Source: Candidatus Niyogibacteria bacterium CG10_big_fil_rev_8_21_14_0_10_46_36 (GTDB taxonomy: Bacteria > Patescibacteriota > Minisyncoccia > 1-14-0-10-42-19). Taken from it: a stretch of DNA of 64,000 bases. Positions 28,160-38,372 of this stretch are shown in pieces; position 1 is the first letter of the stretch, and every line of letters starts with the position of its first letter. The notes under the pieces are model-generated. The model was not told the origin of the DNA, searched no databases, and saw only the letters and a program-made list of their open reading frames with translations. The position numbers were made by a program, and so were the translations under genes. Location: contig PFCO01000009.1 in assembly GCA_002772995.1 (NCBI GenBank), forward strand, positions 22,876 through 86,875, written 5' to 3'.

Positions 28160-29422
28160 ATGAACAAAAAGCCGGATACCATTCCCCAAGCGCCAGGCGT
28201 ATACTTTTTCAAAAAAGGAAGGACTCTCTTATATGTCGGAAAGGCAAAAAATCTCAAAGAGCGCATCGCATCTTACTTTTCGTCACAAAACACAGACGCG
28301 CGGAAAATAAGCATGGTGCGTCAAGCAACGTCAATTACCTGGAAAGAGATGCTCTCCGACACAGAGGCGCTCATACGCGAAGCGGAATACATCAAAGCAC
28401 ATAAGCCCCGCTATAACATTGTTATGCGGGACGACAAGCAATATTTTTTCGTCCGATTTTCTGATGGCGCATTTCCTCGGATCACACTGACTCACCAACC
28501 TAACAGCTCAAAGGATTATTTTTTAGGACCATTTACGGACGGCTCCTCGCTCAAGCAAACATTAAAAATGCTCCGACACGCATTTCCGTATTGCACATGC
28601 AAGGGCGCGCACAAACGCAGATGCCAACACGCGTCCATCGGGAATTGTCTTGGCATATGCTGCACCGAGAGCGCGTACATGAAAGCACTTTTTCCTGACT
28701 ACCAAAAAAGGAGTTCTCAATATAAAAAGAATATCCGCACGATAAAACAGGTGCTTTCCGGAAAAGGAAATGCGCTCATGCATACTATGCAAAAGCGCAT
28801 GAAGAAACTTTCCGAGCATAAGCACTATGAACAAGCAGCACTCATCCGCGACCAACTCTATGCGCTCGAAAACATATTCTCACACCGGCACACCCTGAGG
28901 CGCGAAGAGCATATCTATGCAGAAAAAGGCGTTACCTATCTCAAGCATGTTATTGGTATGAAAAAAACACCCAAGCGCATAGAAGCATACGACATCTCAA
29001 ATATTCAGGGGAAGCACGCGGTAGGTTCTATGGTGGTGTTTACGAACGGCGCACCCGATAAAAATGAGTATCGGAAATTTGCGATACATCTCCCCCCTAA
29101 ACCAAATGACACTGCGATGATGCAGGAGATTATTACGAGACGATTCTATAACGCATGGACACATCCTGATCTCATCATCATTGATGGGGGCACACCACAA
29201 CTTCATGCTGCCCAAAAAGCCCTGGCGCACCACACTCTACGAATGCCCGTTGCCGCACTTGCGAAGCGAGAAGAAGAACTGCACCTCCAAAACGGAACCG
29301 TTATCAAATTAAAAGAGCGGCCTCAGCCACTCCTTCATCTTTTACAATATATTCGTAACGAAGCACATCGGTTCGCAATTAGCTTTCACCGAAAAAAACG
29401 GGGTGATCAGATTGGATCATAG
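28160..29422 (+). CDS. uvrC: UvrC-like excinuclease subunit C, short form lacking the C-terminal (HhH)2
   Basis: GIY-YIG (GVYFFKK...LLYVGKAKNLKERIASYF), Cys cluster, UVR domain (...YEQAALIRDQLYALE...) and RNase H-like endonuclease domain (AYDISNIQG...). About 420 aa. Start set at MNKKPD based on the promoter position. Confidence 0.8.
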   Translation: MNKKPDTIPQAPGVYFFKKGRTLLYVGKAKNLKERIASYFSSQNTDARKISMVRQATSITWKEMLSDTEALIREAEYIKAHKPRYNIVMRDDKQYFFVRFSDGAFPRITLTHQPNSSKDYFLGPFTDGSSLKQTLKMLRHAFPYCTCKGAHKRRCQHASIGNCLGICCTESAYMKALFPDYQKRSSQYKKNIRTIKQVLSGKGNALMHTMQKRMKKLSEHKHYEQAALIRDQLYALENIFSHRHTLRREEHIYAEKGVTYLKHVIGMKKTPKRIEAYDISNIQGKHAVGSMVVFTNGAPDKNEYRKFAIHLPPKPNDTAMMQEIITRRFYNAWTHPDLIIIDGGTPQLHAAQKALAHHTLRMPVAALAKREEELHLQNGTVIKLKERPQPLLHLLQYIRNEAHRFAISFHRKKRGDQIGS

Positions 29423-29862
29423 TCGTCGTCGTGTTTTCTTATTTTTCCTTCAACTTTTCGGAGCGCCCACAATACTAACAGTACGAGCACAGCGCTAAAT
29501 ATCGCAAGACTATACATCTGTACGCCTACAGTCATGCCAACTGCCGCAACCGCCCACAAACCCGCTGCAGTTGTGAGACCGTGAACGCTGCCACGCTGCA
29601 CAAAAATAAGACCCGCACCGATGAAACCGATGCCAACAACTACCTGTGCGGCAACCCGCGCCGGATCTTGAATGCCAGTTCCAAATTGCTGAAACGCCTC
29701 AACTGAAAGAATAGTGAAAAGTGCCGCACCCATGCATACAAGCGCATATGTCCGCATACCTGCGGCCTTTCCCTTATATTCCCGCTCAAAACCGATAAAC
29801 AATCCGAGCCCTGCAGCGAGCGCCATCTGAAAAAACATTCGCAATATTTCAGGATCAAACAT
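29407..29862 (-). CDS. MgtC/SapB family membrane protein
   Basis: ...GLGLFIGFEREYKGKAAGMRTYALV...GIGFIGAGLIF...LTTAAGLWAVAAVG.... Confidence 0.75.
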   Translation of the reverse strand: MFDPEILRMFFQMALAAGLGLFIGFEREYKGKAAGMRTYALVCMGAALFTILSVEAFQQFGTGIQDPARVAAQVVVGIGFIGAGLIFVQRGSVHGLTTAAGLWAVAAVGMTVGVQMYSLAIFSAVLVLLVLWALRKVEGKIRKHDDDYDPI

Positions 29863-29864
29863 AA

Positions 29865-30440
29865 TTAAATTTCGATTATTTTTTCTTTCCGGATAAGTTC
29901 TATCACTTTTTCCACAAGCGCTTTCGGATCAGTGTCATACACCACCTTTCCGTTTTCCCGATGAGAGAGATCGATAATCTGCCTAATCAGATTGGTTGAA
30001 CCCCCTGATTCCTCAAGAATGCCGATAGGCTTGTTATCTTCAAACGCGATAGTAAATTCGTTAAGCGTCCCCATGCGCCCGCAACCGACAATAACACCGT
30101 CTGACGCGCGTGTTAGCAAAAGATTCCGCCCGGAATAATCAAAGCCGGTATATACGATCATATCCATGTAATCCACGGGGAGCTTATATTTTTCAATATG
30201 CTCCTTTTCGCTTGATGCCGGAGAGAGCCCGATTGATATCCCGCCCGCTTCTTTCGCGCCAATCGCTGACCAATATGGAAATCCGGTAGTCGCGCCCGTA
30301 ACTAAAATAGCATTATGACGGACGATCTCTTTTCCTATTTCCTTTGCTTGTTCAAGTGCATTTTTCGAGCAATGACCTGTTTCGGCGGCACCTGAAACGC
30401 AAATCTTGAATTTGAGATGGGAATGCGGTGATGGTTTCAT
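29865..30440 (-). CDS. LOG/SLOG-type Rossmann-fold protein (TIGR00725-like)
   Basis: ...KICVSGAA...ILVTGATTGFPYWSAIGA...GVIVGCGRMGTLNEF.... Confidence 0.6.
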   Translation of the reverse strand: MKPSPHSHLKFKICVSGAAETGHCSKNALEQAKEIGKEIVRHNAILVTGATTGFPYWSAIGAKEAGGISIGLSPASSEKEHIEKYKLPVDYMDMIVYTGFDYSGRNLLLTRASDGVIVGCGRMGTLNEFTIAFEDNKPIGILEESGGSTNLIRQIIDLSHRENGKVVYDTDPKALVEKVIELIRKEKIIEI

Positions 30441-30501
30441 ATTAGTAGTATACTCAAAAGCAAAAAAATAAAAAAGCTCTGCTATGCAGAGCTTTTGATG
30501 G

Positions 30502-31176
30502 CTAAAGAGAAAACCCCAAACGAGCCAGTTTTTCTTCTAAGCGATATAGTCCGTCACCGATATTAAACTCAATAGCATGCGCGCCTGCCGCCTTGCATCC
30601 CTCAATATTTTCAGGACGATCGTCTATAAACACCATATCGGCCCGCTTTATCTCAAGCTTTGATTCTATCTCGCCAAAAACTTTATTAAATAATACGGGA
30701 CTCTCACTCTTGCGGAGACACATGCTCCATGAATAATACCGGAACTCTTTCGATATGTAAGCAAGCAAATGCCCGAGCTCATACTCCATTTTTTTTGCAT
30801 GAATTGCATTTGCGTTAGAAATAAGCCCTTGATAATATCCGGCACCATGAATTCTTCGGGAGAATTTCAAAAAACGCCCGCTATGCTCATAGTCTTCCCG
30901 CAACGCATTGCTGAATATTTTTTCGAACATTTCATATTCGCACTTTTTCCCGAACCGGGAGCAAAATGCCAGAAATATCCTGTGCGTATTCCAATGCGAA
31001 TCCCCTTCAATGACATGAATAAATTGCTTAGTGCTATCCGGCATAGGGCCTTCCATAAAAGCAATTACTTCAAACGGGGTCACAGAAAAGAGAGATGCCA
31101 CATCCTCCAAAAACCGATCCACGGAGAATGCCGCTATCACATTCCCAAAATCCCACAATATCATCTTATTGCCCAC
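30502..31176 (-). CDS. HAD-superfamily hydrolase
   Basis: Motif I LWDFGNV and motif IV MVFIDDRPENI. Confidence 0.55.
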   Translation of the reverse strand: MGNKMILWDFGNVIAAFSVDRFLEDVASLFSVTPFEVIAFMEGPMPDSTKQFIHVIEGDSHWNTHRIFLAFCSRFGKKCEYEMFEKIFSNALREDYEHSGRFLKFSRRIHGAGYYQGLISNANAIHAKKMEYELGHLLAYISKEFRYYSWSMCLRKSESPVLFNKVFGEIESKLEIKRADMVFIDDRPENIEGCKAAGAHAIEFNIGDGLYRLEEKLARLGFSL

Positions 31177-31208
31177 TAAATACCTCCTTTTTTTCTTTTT
31201 TTAAAGAA

Positions 31209-32573
31209 CTATATATCGAATGATTCTCCTAGCTTTGGAGCAAACGCCCGAATCCCCAAATGATCACGTATCCGCTGCACAAAAAAGAGCGCGGACTCTC
31301 CTTCTCCGTGAATTGCAAACACCGTATCAAGCGTGTCTATAGAATCCTGGACAATACCCATAAGCATACCTTGATCGGGATGCGCAGAATATCCGGATAT
31401 CTTTTCAACACGCGCACGCACCGGCACTTCTTCGCCGAATATCTCTACACTCTTTGCGCCCTCCTGCAACTGCCTCCCGCGCGAACCTGCCGCTTGATAC
31501 CCAACCAACAACACCATTGAATGTGGGTCGGGTAAATACCGCCGCTCGTGGTGCAAAATGCGCCCACCGGTGGACATACCGGAACCCGCGATGATTACTT
31601 TTGGCGAAGGCACATCATTGATTGCTTTTGATTCTTCGGTGGCAAGCGTAAATTTAAGCATAGGGAACTTAAAAATGTGTTCGCCCGAATCCAAAATATA
31701 CCGCGTACGCTTATTGAAATACGCATCGCTCTTCCGATAAATTTCCGTCGCGCGTATTGCTAGCGGAGAATCAAGAAACACCGGTACCATGGGAACCCGC
31801 CCATGCTCTATAAGGTCGTTTATTTCGTAAAGAATCTCCTGTGTGCGCTCAAGCGAAAATGCGGGTATCATAAGTACGCCTTTTGCTTTGACGGTGTCTT
31901 CTATGGCGCGTTCAAGTTTTTGTTTGCGTTCGTCACGCGCTTCGTGGTCACGGTTCCCATACGTTGATTCGATAACCAAGATGTTCGCTCCCGAAATCTT
32001 TTCGGGCGGCGGCAATAATGGCGTTGGCGGGTTTCCGATATCTCCGGTAAATATTATTTTCTTTTGCGCACGACTCTCATCCTTGTAAATAATCTCCACC
32101 ATCGCTGAGCCTAGTACATGACCCGCATCAAGCAAGCGGATATGCATATCTCCAATAATGAACTCATGATGATATTCATGTCCCTCCCAATGCTCGAATG
32201 TCTTCTCAAAATGCTCTTCTTCGAATATCATTTCTTCCCCCTCGCGCTCTGCTTCCCGTTCCATTAACCCCAGACTATCCCGCAACATTAAATGCGCGAG
32301 TTCTTTTGTTGGATGCGTTGAATGAATCATTCCCTGAAATCCTTCTTTAAATAGCTTCGGGATGCGTCCTGTGTGATCGGTATGCGCATGCGTCACAATA
32401 ACGCCATCAATGGATGCGGGGTCAAATGTAAAGGGCTCATAATTTTGTGCTTCGCATACGCGGGGGCATTGGAATAACCCGCAGTCAACAAGCACCTTTG
32501 CCTCTGCGGTTTCTAACAAATAGCAAGAACCTGATATTTGCTGAGCGCCACCATGGAAAGAAAGTTTTGCCAT
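31209..32573 (-). CDS. MBL-fold metallo-hydrolase, beta-CASP subfamily (RNase J / CPSF73-like RNA-metabolising enzyme)
   Basis: HxHxDH (VTHAHTDHTG), ...IIFTGDIG..., C-terminal beta-CASP His motifs. Confidence 0.7.
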   Translation of the reverse strand: MAKLSFHGGAQQISGSCYLLETAEAKVLVDCGLFQCPRVCEAQNYEPFTFDPASIDGVIVTHAHTDHTGRIPKLFKEGFQGMIHSTHPTKELAHLMLRDSLGLMEREAEREGEEMIFEEEHFEKTFEHWEGHEYHHEFIIGDMHIRLLDAGHVLGSAMVEIIYKDESRAQKKIIFTGDIGNPPTPLLPPPEKISGANILVIESTYGNRDHEARDERKQKLERAIEDTVKAKGVLMIPAFSLERTQEILYEINDLIEHGRVPMVPVFLDSPLAIRATEIYRKSDAYFNKRTRYILDSGEHIFKFPMLKFTLATEESKAINDVPSPKVIIAGSGMSTGGRILHHERRYLPDPHSMVLLVGYQAAGSRGRQLQEGAKSVEIFGEEVPVRARVEKISGYSAHPDQGMLMGIVQDSIDTLDTVFAIHGEGESALFFVQRIRDHLGIRAFAPKLGESFDI

Positions 32574-32677
32574 GCTTTTAGTATATCATTTATTTTCTGC
32601 TCATATCTTGCTTTTTTGCAAAAAATACCGTATAATCAAAAAAATTTGAAAACAAAATACATAAGGAGGTGCCTAGT

Positions 32678-34102
32678 ATGGCTGCCGGCAGAGACAATGA
32701 AACAAGGTATGTAAAAATTCCCATACGGGGAGATGTTTCCCACCTGAGTACGGGGAACAAAGATACGCTTGAAGCGCTTATTTCCGCAGCAAGGCTCATT
32801 AATCCGATATATCTTGCGCAGATGAACCAGAAATTGGAAGAAACGGGCGGTATTATTGATGAATCCCGGAACGCGGCATATTACCCCCCCGGCATGACAG
32901 CCGAAGAGCTTGAAGTATACATACAAGCGCACCCCGACCAAAAACAAGATATCCTGTCTCCATTTTCGGTGGTGCAGAGAGACGGCACACTGCTCAAAAC
33001 TATCCCGTATGCGGAGCTTTATGAGCCGCATCTCACACGCATGAAGCTTTTTCTTGAGCATGCGTCACGCATAACGGATCATCCGCAGTTTAAAAAATTT
33101 CTTAAAAGCAAAGCCGCCGCGTTTGTTTCAAATGAATATAAAGAAAGCGACATAGACTGGATACATGTAACCGATGCACCGATAGAGCTCACCATAGGGC
33201 CGTACGAAAGCTACGAAGACAAAACTCTCGGCATAAAACGAAATTTTGAAGCAATGCTCGGAGTGACTCTCACGGAAGAAAACGAAAAAGTCAGGCAATA
33301 TCAAGACTTAACGCTGGAATTTGATGCGTATCTCGGAAACATGTACGGCTACACACCTTCTGGGAAAATAACGCCCATGGTAGTGATGAACGAAATACTG
33401 GCAACCGGAGGAGCGTATTACAGCTACATCGCGATGGCATATAATCTGCCAAACGATAACGACATACACGAAACCGTTGGATCAAAAAAGGTGTTTGTAA
33501 AAAATGTCATGGATGCAAAGTTTACTACCATGACCATACCCATCGCGGAACGAATTGTAGAGCGCTCCATGATGCATCACTTTGACCCATGGACCTATTT
33601 TCTCTTCGTTGTAGGACATGAGCTTTCACACGGACTTGGCTTCCGATTCAGCGGACCGGAATTTAAAGAACTCGGGCCATCCCTGGAAGAAGCAAAAGCG
33701 GATGTATTCGGCATGCTGTTCCTTTATTTTCTTGCCGAAAAGGGAGTGCTTGCGAAAGAAGTTGCGGAATCAGCCGTATACATACATGCCATCGACGGTC
33801 TCCGTCAGCTTCGCTTTGGACTTGAAGAGGCTCACGCATTCGGCGCCCGCATACAGTATCAATGGCTAGAGAACATGGGGGCTATCGGCATTCATGAACA
33901 GACATTTTTGTTTGACCCGCGATTTTTCAAGCAGGCACTTGAAAGCCTGGGATATGAATTTTTCAAATTATCCCAAGCGCAAAATTACACGAACACAAAA
34001 TCATTTGCAGACACATGGAGTGCAGTATTACCCGGATTAAAACCCATGATAAAACGCCTGGAAGGAATTCCGGTCGACATAGACCCCATCTTTGACTGTT
34101 AA
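32678..34102 (+). CDS. Putative gluzincin-type zinc metallopeptidase
   Basis: HELSH at about residue 304 and EEAKAD at about residue 326, i.e. HExxH plus a downstream Glu. AAGGAGGTG then ATG at 32678. Confidence 0.5.
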   Translation: MAAGRDNETRYVKIPIRGDVSHLSTGNKDTLEALISAARLINPIYLAQMNQKLEETGGIIDESRNAAYYPPGMTAEELEVYIQAHPDQKQDILSPFSVVQRDGTLLKTIPYAELYEPHLTRMKLFLEHASRITDHPQFKKFLKSKAAAFVSNEYKESDIDWIHVTDAPIELTIGPYESYEDKTLGIKRNFEAMLGVTLTEENEKVRQYQDLTLEFDAYLGNMYGYTPSGKITPMVVMNEILATGGAYYSYIAMAYNLPNDNDIHETVGSKKVFVKNVMDAKFTTMTIPIAERIVERSMMHHFDPWTYFLFVVGHELSHGLGFRFSGPEFKELGPSLEEAKADVFGMLFLYFLAEKGVLAKEVAESAVYIHAIDGLRQLRFGLEEAHAFGARIQYQWLENMGAIGIHEQTFLFDPRFFKQALESLGYEFFKLSQAQNYTNTKSFADTWSAVLPGLKPMIKRLEGIPVDIDPIFDC

Positions 34103-34109
34103 AAACAAC

Positions 34110-34140
34110 ACCGGCTGCTTATCGCAGCCGGTTTTATATT
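34110..34140. terminator. Bidirectional terminator between the peptidase gene and thiI
   Basis: ACCGGCTGC-TTATC-GCAGCCGGT then TTTTATATTT. Confidence 0.7.
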
Positions 34141-35282
34141 TGAGATAATGCGTATGCCGCTTTTTCTTCCAATTCTTTTCGTATCGGGTCTTCTATCTTT
34201 TTTATTTCTTCTATCGTTGTTTTCGTCCGCGGAGAACCTTCCACAAAAAGCGAACAACAATCTTCATACGGCAGTTTTGAGATGTCATATGTCCCATATT
34301 GCTTTGCGCGCTCAATAATCTCCTCTTTATCAAGCCCCGCCAACGGCCGGAGAATGGGCAATGTGGCTATCTCCGAAATGGTCTCAATATTCTCGAGGGT
34401 TTGTGATGCAACCTGGCCTATAGAATCCCCAGTTACAAGAGCATGTGCTTTTTGCATGCGGGCTACACGTTCTGCCATCCACAACATCCACCGCCGATAC
34501 ATAACTATCCGCAGAGCTGACGGAGCCTTGGTAACAACATACTGCTGGATATCGCTTAACGGCACTTCAAGCAACGCAAGCGATGAGGGAGCATAGCGCG
34601 AAAGCGCATCGCGCATATGCCGCACATTCTCTAAAGAGTCCTTTGATGTGTACGGGTAGCTATGGAAATGAACGAGCGCTGGCACACACCCGCGCTTCAT
34701 CATATACAGCGCCGCTATCGGAGAATCAAAACCGGCTGATAGGAGTACTACGACCTTCCCCGAAACACCGACCGGCAATCCCCCCGGTCCTTGTATGCGT
34801 TCAGTTAAAAGATACGCATGCCCTTCAACTATCTCTATACTCAAAACAAGCTCGGGATTTTTGAGCGAAACAGGGAAACCGAATTCTTCATGGATAACCG
34901 CGCCCACTTCCCGCTCAACATCCTGCGATGTGAAGGGATGGTTTTTTTCCGCACGCGACGCAGTAACGCGGAACGGAACTTTTTTTATTTCTGGAAAAAC
35001 ACGGCGTGCTTCTTCTTGTATTGCTTCCATTGTAGCGCCAGCGCGCGTGCCTATTTCAATGTGATGAATACCAAATACATACCGCAACCGTTCGGCTAAC
35101 GCATCCTTTTGAGATGCGTCCGCACACAAAACTATTCTCCCTGAAATGCGCGAAGCCGAATCATACAACCCATGCGCCTGTCTTTCTATATTAGAAAGAA
35201 GCGCCTTCTCAAAGAAAGCGCGATTTTTTCCCTTTAGTGCTATTTCATGATAATGCACTACAATGTATTTTTTTTCAGCCAT
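34134..35282 (-). CDS. thiI: tRNA 4-thiouridine synthase ThiI (THUMP plus PP-loop ATPase)
   Basis: ...VVLLSAGFDSPIAAL... (SGGxDS PP-loop), THUMP N-terminal half. Confidence 0.85.
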   Translation of the reverse strand: MAEKKYIVVHYHEIALKGKNRAFFEKALLSNIERQAHGLYDSASRISGRIVLCADASQKDALAERLRYVFGIHHIEIGTRAGATMEAIQEEARRVFPEIKKVPFRVTASRAEKNHPFTSQDVEREVGAVIHEEFGFPVSLKNPELVLSIEIVEGHAYLLTERIQGPGGLPVGVSGKVVVLLSAGFDSPIAALYMMKRGCVPALVHFHSYPYTSKDSLENVRHMRDALSRYAPSSLALLEVPLSDIQQYVVTKAPSALRIVMYRRWMLWMAERVARMQKAHALVTGDSIGQVASQTLENIETISEIATLPILRPLAGLDKEEIIERAKQYGTYDISKLPYEDCCSLFVEGSPRTKTTIEEIKKIEDPIRKELEEKAAYALSQI

Positions 35283-35692
35283 AGTAAGAGCATGCCCGCA
35301 AGCGAACCGCCAGCGATATCCATTAAAAGATCCAGCAACGTATCAACAAGCACCGCTTTCCCGGAAAGGCCAATGCCCAAGAACGGGATATTGATAATGT
35401 CCATGGCAAACTCAAAGAATTCCCACAAGACACCTACGAGCGCTGTCCCGCTTACAATAACTACAAACGCGATAAAACACGGCATCCGGACGCTGCCTCT
35501 GTATGTATAAAAAAGGAGGTAATATATGAAACTAGCAGCCCAAAATCCGCCCATGCCGTGCACCGCAATATCAAACCAAGGCAGTATATAATAGAGCGAT
35601 GTAAGAAGTGCAAATATATGCACGCCCAAAATAATGACAAGGGATGTAAGGAGAAATGCCGGGAAATTATCTTTTTCTTTTTTAAAAAACAT
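35258..35692 (-). CDS. Hypothetical polytopic membrane protein
   Basis: 144 aa with four hydrophobic segments. Overlaps the thiI start by 25 nt. Confidence 0.45.
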   Translation of the reverse strand: MFFKKEKDNFPAFLLTSLVIILGVHIFALLTSLYYILPWFDIAVHGMGGFWAASFIYYLLFYTYRGSVRMPCFIAFVVIVSGTALVGVLWEFFEFAMDIINIPFLGIGLSGKAVLVDTLLDLLMDIAGGSLAGMLLLWLKKNTL

Positions 35693-35716
35693 ACAGGTCT
35701 CCTGTGCGCAAATACG

Positions 35717-36307
35717 CTAAAACATTATATCCTCTTCCGCCCGTTTGTACGCATGAATCTCTTGGTCTGTAAACCAATGTGTAAGTTCATGCTTTGCCTC
35801 TTCCGGGTCGCCCGACGCATGCACCACATTATGAATGGAACGCTTTTGGATATTTGCAAGCGTAGGAGAATCAACCGAAAAATCGCCGCGTATCGTTCCC
35901 ATTTCTGCAAACGCAGGAATGGTTTTGCCCACGATCTTGCGCACCATATCAATGGCATGTATCCCTTGTACTACCATTGCTACCATGGGACCAGACGTCA
36001 AAAAATCAACATTCCAGCGTGCAACTTGTTTGCCTATTTCTATCGGATCATCAGTACCAACTTCTTTTTTGGCCTCTTTGCCATATTTTTCATAATTTTC
36101 AAGCGTCTTTTCTCCAATCCCGCGAAGCCATGGTTCTGTGTTAGGGTAGTGGCTGTGCGCATGCTCCCGCGAGGCCAATATCATTTTGAGCGCAATCACT
36201 TTCAAACCACGCATCTCAATGCGCTTAATTACTTCGCCTATCAATCCGCGCTTTACACCGTCGGGCTTGATAAGCACTACTGTTTTTTCTTCTGATGGGT
36301 GTTTCAT
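35717..36307 (-). CDS. ndk: Nucleoside diphosphate kinase
   Basis: ...VLIKPDGVKRGLIGEVIKRIE...NVVHASGDPEEAKHEL. It carries an internal insertion. Confidence 0.85.
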   Translation of the reverse strand: MKHPSEEKTVVLIKPDGVKRGLIGEVIKRIEMRGLKVIALKMILASREHAHSHYPNTEPWLRGIGEKTLENYEKYGKEAKKEVGTDDPIEIGKQVARWNVDFLTSGPMVAMVVQGIHAIDMVRKIVGKTIPAFAEMGTIRGDFSVDSPTLANIQKRSIHNVVHASGDPEEAKHELTHWFTDQEIHAYKRAEEDIMF

Positions 36308-36315
36308 ATGTTCAC

Positions 36316-36344
36316 ATACTAATGAAAATGGATTCTTTTGACAA
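36316..36344 (-). promoter_or_regulatory. Putative promoter of ndk; leaderless arrangement
   Basis: TTGTCA-N17-TAGTAT on the minus strand, 8 nt before the ATG. Confidence 0.4.
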
Positions 36345-36484
36345 GATATAAAAAATCCGGAATATATCCCAGATTTTTGTTTTTAGTATATGGATATCAT
36401 ACGCTATCAGTCTTTGCCGCCTCCCGAGAAAGCTCAAGCAAGCCCCCCGACTACATCAGCGATATCCTGAACTTCCCCATAGAT

Positions 36485-36515
36485 GGAAAAGCCGCCTATT
36501 ACGGGGCGGCTTTGC
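36485..36515 (-). terminator. Terminator after prs
   Basis: AAAAGCCGCC-N8-GGCGGCTTT. Confidence 0.6.
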
Positions 36516-36518
36516 TTA

Positions 36519-37424
36519 TTATAAAATCTCTTTCCTCGTGTATTCAGCGATAAGAGGAGCTATGGAGTGCACCTGAAACATTGAGGGCTCCCGTATGGCA
36601 ATGGTGTCGGTTATATGAGCGCTCGCAAAGAATATATTTGAGTGCGCAAACCGCTCATACCCCTGCCCGCTCAGCACAGCATGCGTTGCAAACAAATGAA
36701 TATCTTTTGCGCCGGCGTTTTTTAACGCCTCAGCACCCTTCATAACAGTCCCGCCGGAGTCGACGATATCGTCAATCATGATAACTGTCTTATTCGCCAC
36801 ATCACCAATGATATGCATCACTTCTACCTCGCCCGGTCCTGCGCGACGCTTATCAAGAGAAACCGCACTCACATTAAATTCTTTCGCATATGAACGAGCT
36901 ATACGGAGCCTCCCTACATCTGCTGACGCAAAAACAAACTCAGAAGAAATACGCATGTCACGAATAACATCAAAGAATATGGGCTTTGCGTATAATTCCT
37001 TTACTCGGATACGCATATCAAGTGCTGTACAGTATTGAATACCCGCATTATGCAAATCCACGAGAAGAACCCTGTTTGGCCTTCGTGATGCTATAGCAGT
37101 CATCTGCATGCGCCCCGCTATATCTTCACCCTCCTGGTCTGCACGGTCTTGCCGCCCCGCGCCAAAATACGGAACGATAACTACGGTTTTTTGCACGCTG
37201 AATCCCTGGACAGTATCAAGCAAGGTAAGCAATTCTGTGAATTCAACCGGCCCTTGTGTATTTCCTACCACAAGCGCAACTTCGTTGTGAGGCGTTTCAA
37301 GAATATGATTAAAGATTTGTCCGTCGGGATATTTTCCTATATTCACCGGGCTCGGCGTTGTCCCGAGGCATCTCGCTATTTTTTCACCGAGATTCTTCCC
37401 TGATCCTGTCGTGTAGATCTTCAA
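36519..37424 (-). CDS. prs: Ribose-phosphate pyrophosphokinase (PRPP synthetase)
   Basis: ...VVIVPYFGAGRQDR..., PRPP-binding loop ...IMIDDIVDSGGT.... Confidence 0.9.
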   Translation of the reverse strand: MKIYTTGSGKNLGEKIARCLGTTPSPVNIGKYPDGQIFNHILETPHNEVALVVGNTQGPVEFTELLTLLDTVQGFSVQKTVVIVPYFGAGRQDRADQEGEDIAGRMQMTAIASRRPNRVLLVDLHNAGIQYCTALDMRIRVKELYAKPIFFDVIRDMRISSEFVFASADVGRLRIARSYAKEFNVSAVSLDKRRAGPGEVEVMHIIGDVANKTVIMIDDIVDSGGTVMKGAEALKNAGAKDIHLFATHAVLSGQGYERFAHSNIFFASAHITDTIAIREPSMFQVHSIAPLIAEYTRKEIL

Positions 37425-37454
37425 TACTACATCCTCCCTTTCCTGTGCAATTTT

Positions 37455-38372
37455 TTAAAAGACATTTTCTCCATTTGAGCGCAGAATTACTGTACTGTCA
37501 ATGTCGGTGCGGAGTATGCGGATGCCTGCTTTTTCCAACTTATTGAGGATAACATCATGCGGGTGGCCATAGCGGTTATTCCTACCCGCAGAAATAACTG
37601 CGACACTTGGAGATACAGCTTTTAAAAATGCGTCGCTCGTAGATGTCTTGGAGCCATGATGCCCCACCTTCAACACTTCGCATCCTATATCGTCCCCCAA
37701 AAGAGAGCGTTCTATATCCCGTTCCATGTCACCCGTGAATATAACGCAGGTATTTCCATACACAAGCTTCCCCACAATCATAGCGTCGTGTATGTTCGCA
37801 GGCTCTTCTTGTATGAAAGATGCGGGAGCAAGAACATCAAACCAGACATCAGATGCAAGCCAAATCCGCATGCCGCGAAGCGCGCGTACGTGCTCTGCTC
37901 CTTCCGCGTCTACCTTTTCATCCCATTCCCGGAATGCCCCCGAATCATATGGCGTCTCTGCCGCAACTACCGTCCGAACATCATACCGGTCAAGCACATC
38001 AATAAGTCCCCCCACATGGTCCTCATGCGGATGGGACAAAAGAACCACATCAATAGTTCTGTCGGTAAACGGCATAATGCTCCCAAGCTCTGAAAGAATT
38101 TTTTTATTCGGGCCGCCGTCAATAAGCATTTGCACATGGTCTGGCGTTTCAATAAATATCGCGTCTCCCTGCCCGATGTCTAAAAAATACATTACTACTT
38201 CGCGGGAACCCTCTCCACCGAATGCGAAAAGAGCACCCCATAAAAATATGGCGACGAAGAGCAATCCAAAAAAAATGTACGCACATGAATGTGCGCGAAC
38301 ATGCAACATAATTTTCCTACCATAATATAAAAAAAGCCCCGCGCAAAGCGGAGCTTTTTGTTCCAGCGTCAT
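37455..38372 (-). CDS. Membrane-anchored MBL-fold hydrolase resembling the ComEC C-terminal (Lactamase_B) domain
   Basis: N-terminal TM helix, ...VVLLSHPHEDHVGGL..., ...VGHHGSKTSTS.... Confidence 0.7.
   Translation of the reverse strand: MTLEQKAPLCAGLFLYYGRKIMLHVRAHSCAYIFFGLLFVAIFLWGALFAFGGEGSREVVMYFLDIGQGDAIFIETPDHVQMLIDGGPNKKILSELGSIMPFTDRTIDVVLLSHPHEDHVGGLIDVLDRYDVRTVVAAETPYDSGAFREWDEKVDAEGAEHVRALRGMRIWLASDVWFDVLAPASFIQEEPANIHDAMIVGKLVYGNTCVIFTGDMERDIERSLLGDDIGCEVLKVGHHGSKTSTSDAFLKAVSPSVAVISAGRNNRYGHPHDVILNKLEKAGIRILRTDIDSTVILRSNGENVF

Noticed and set aside
36338-36553. 71-aa ORF on the plus strand in the prs-ndk intergenic region, beside a TTGACA-like hexamer.
   Set aside because: The region is better explained as the prs terminator plus the ndk promoter on the minus strand. 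The ORF has no Shine-Dalgarno sequence and a low-complexity translation.
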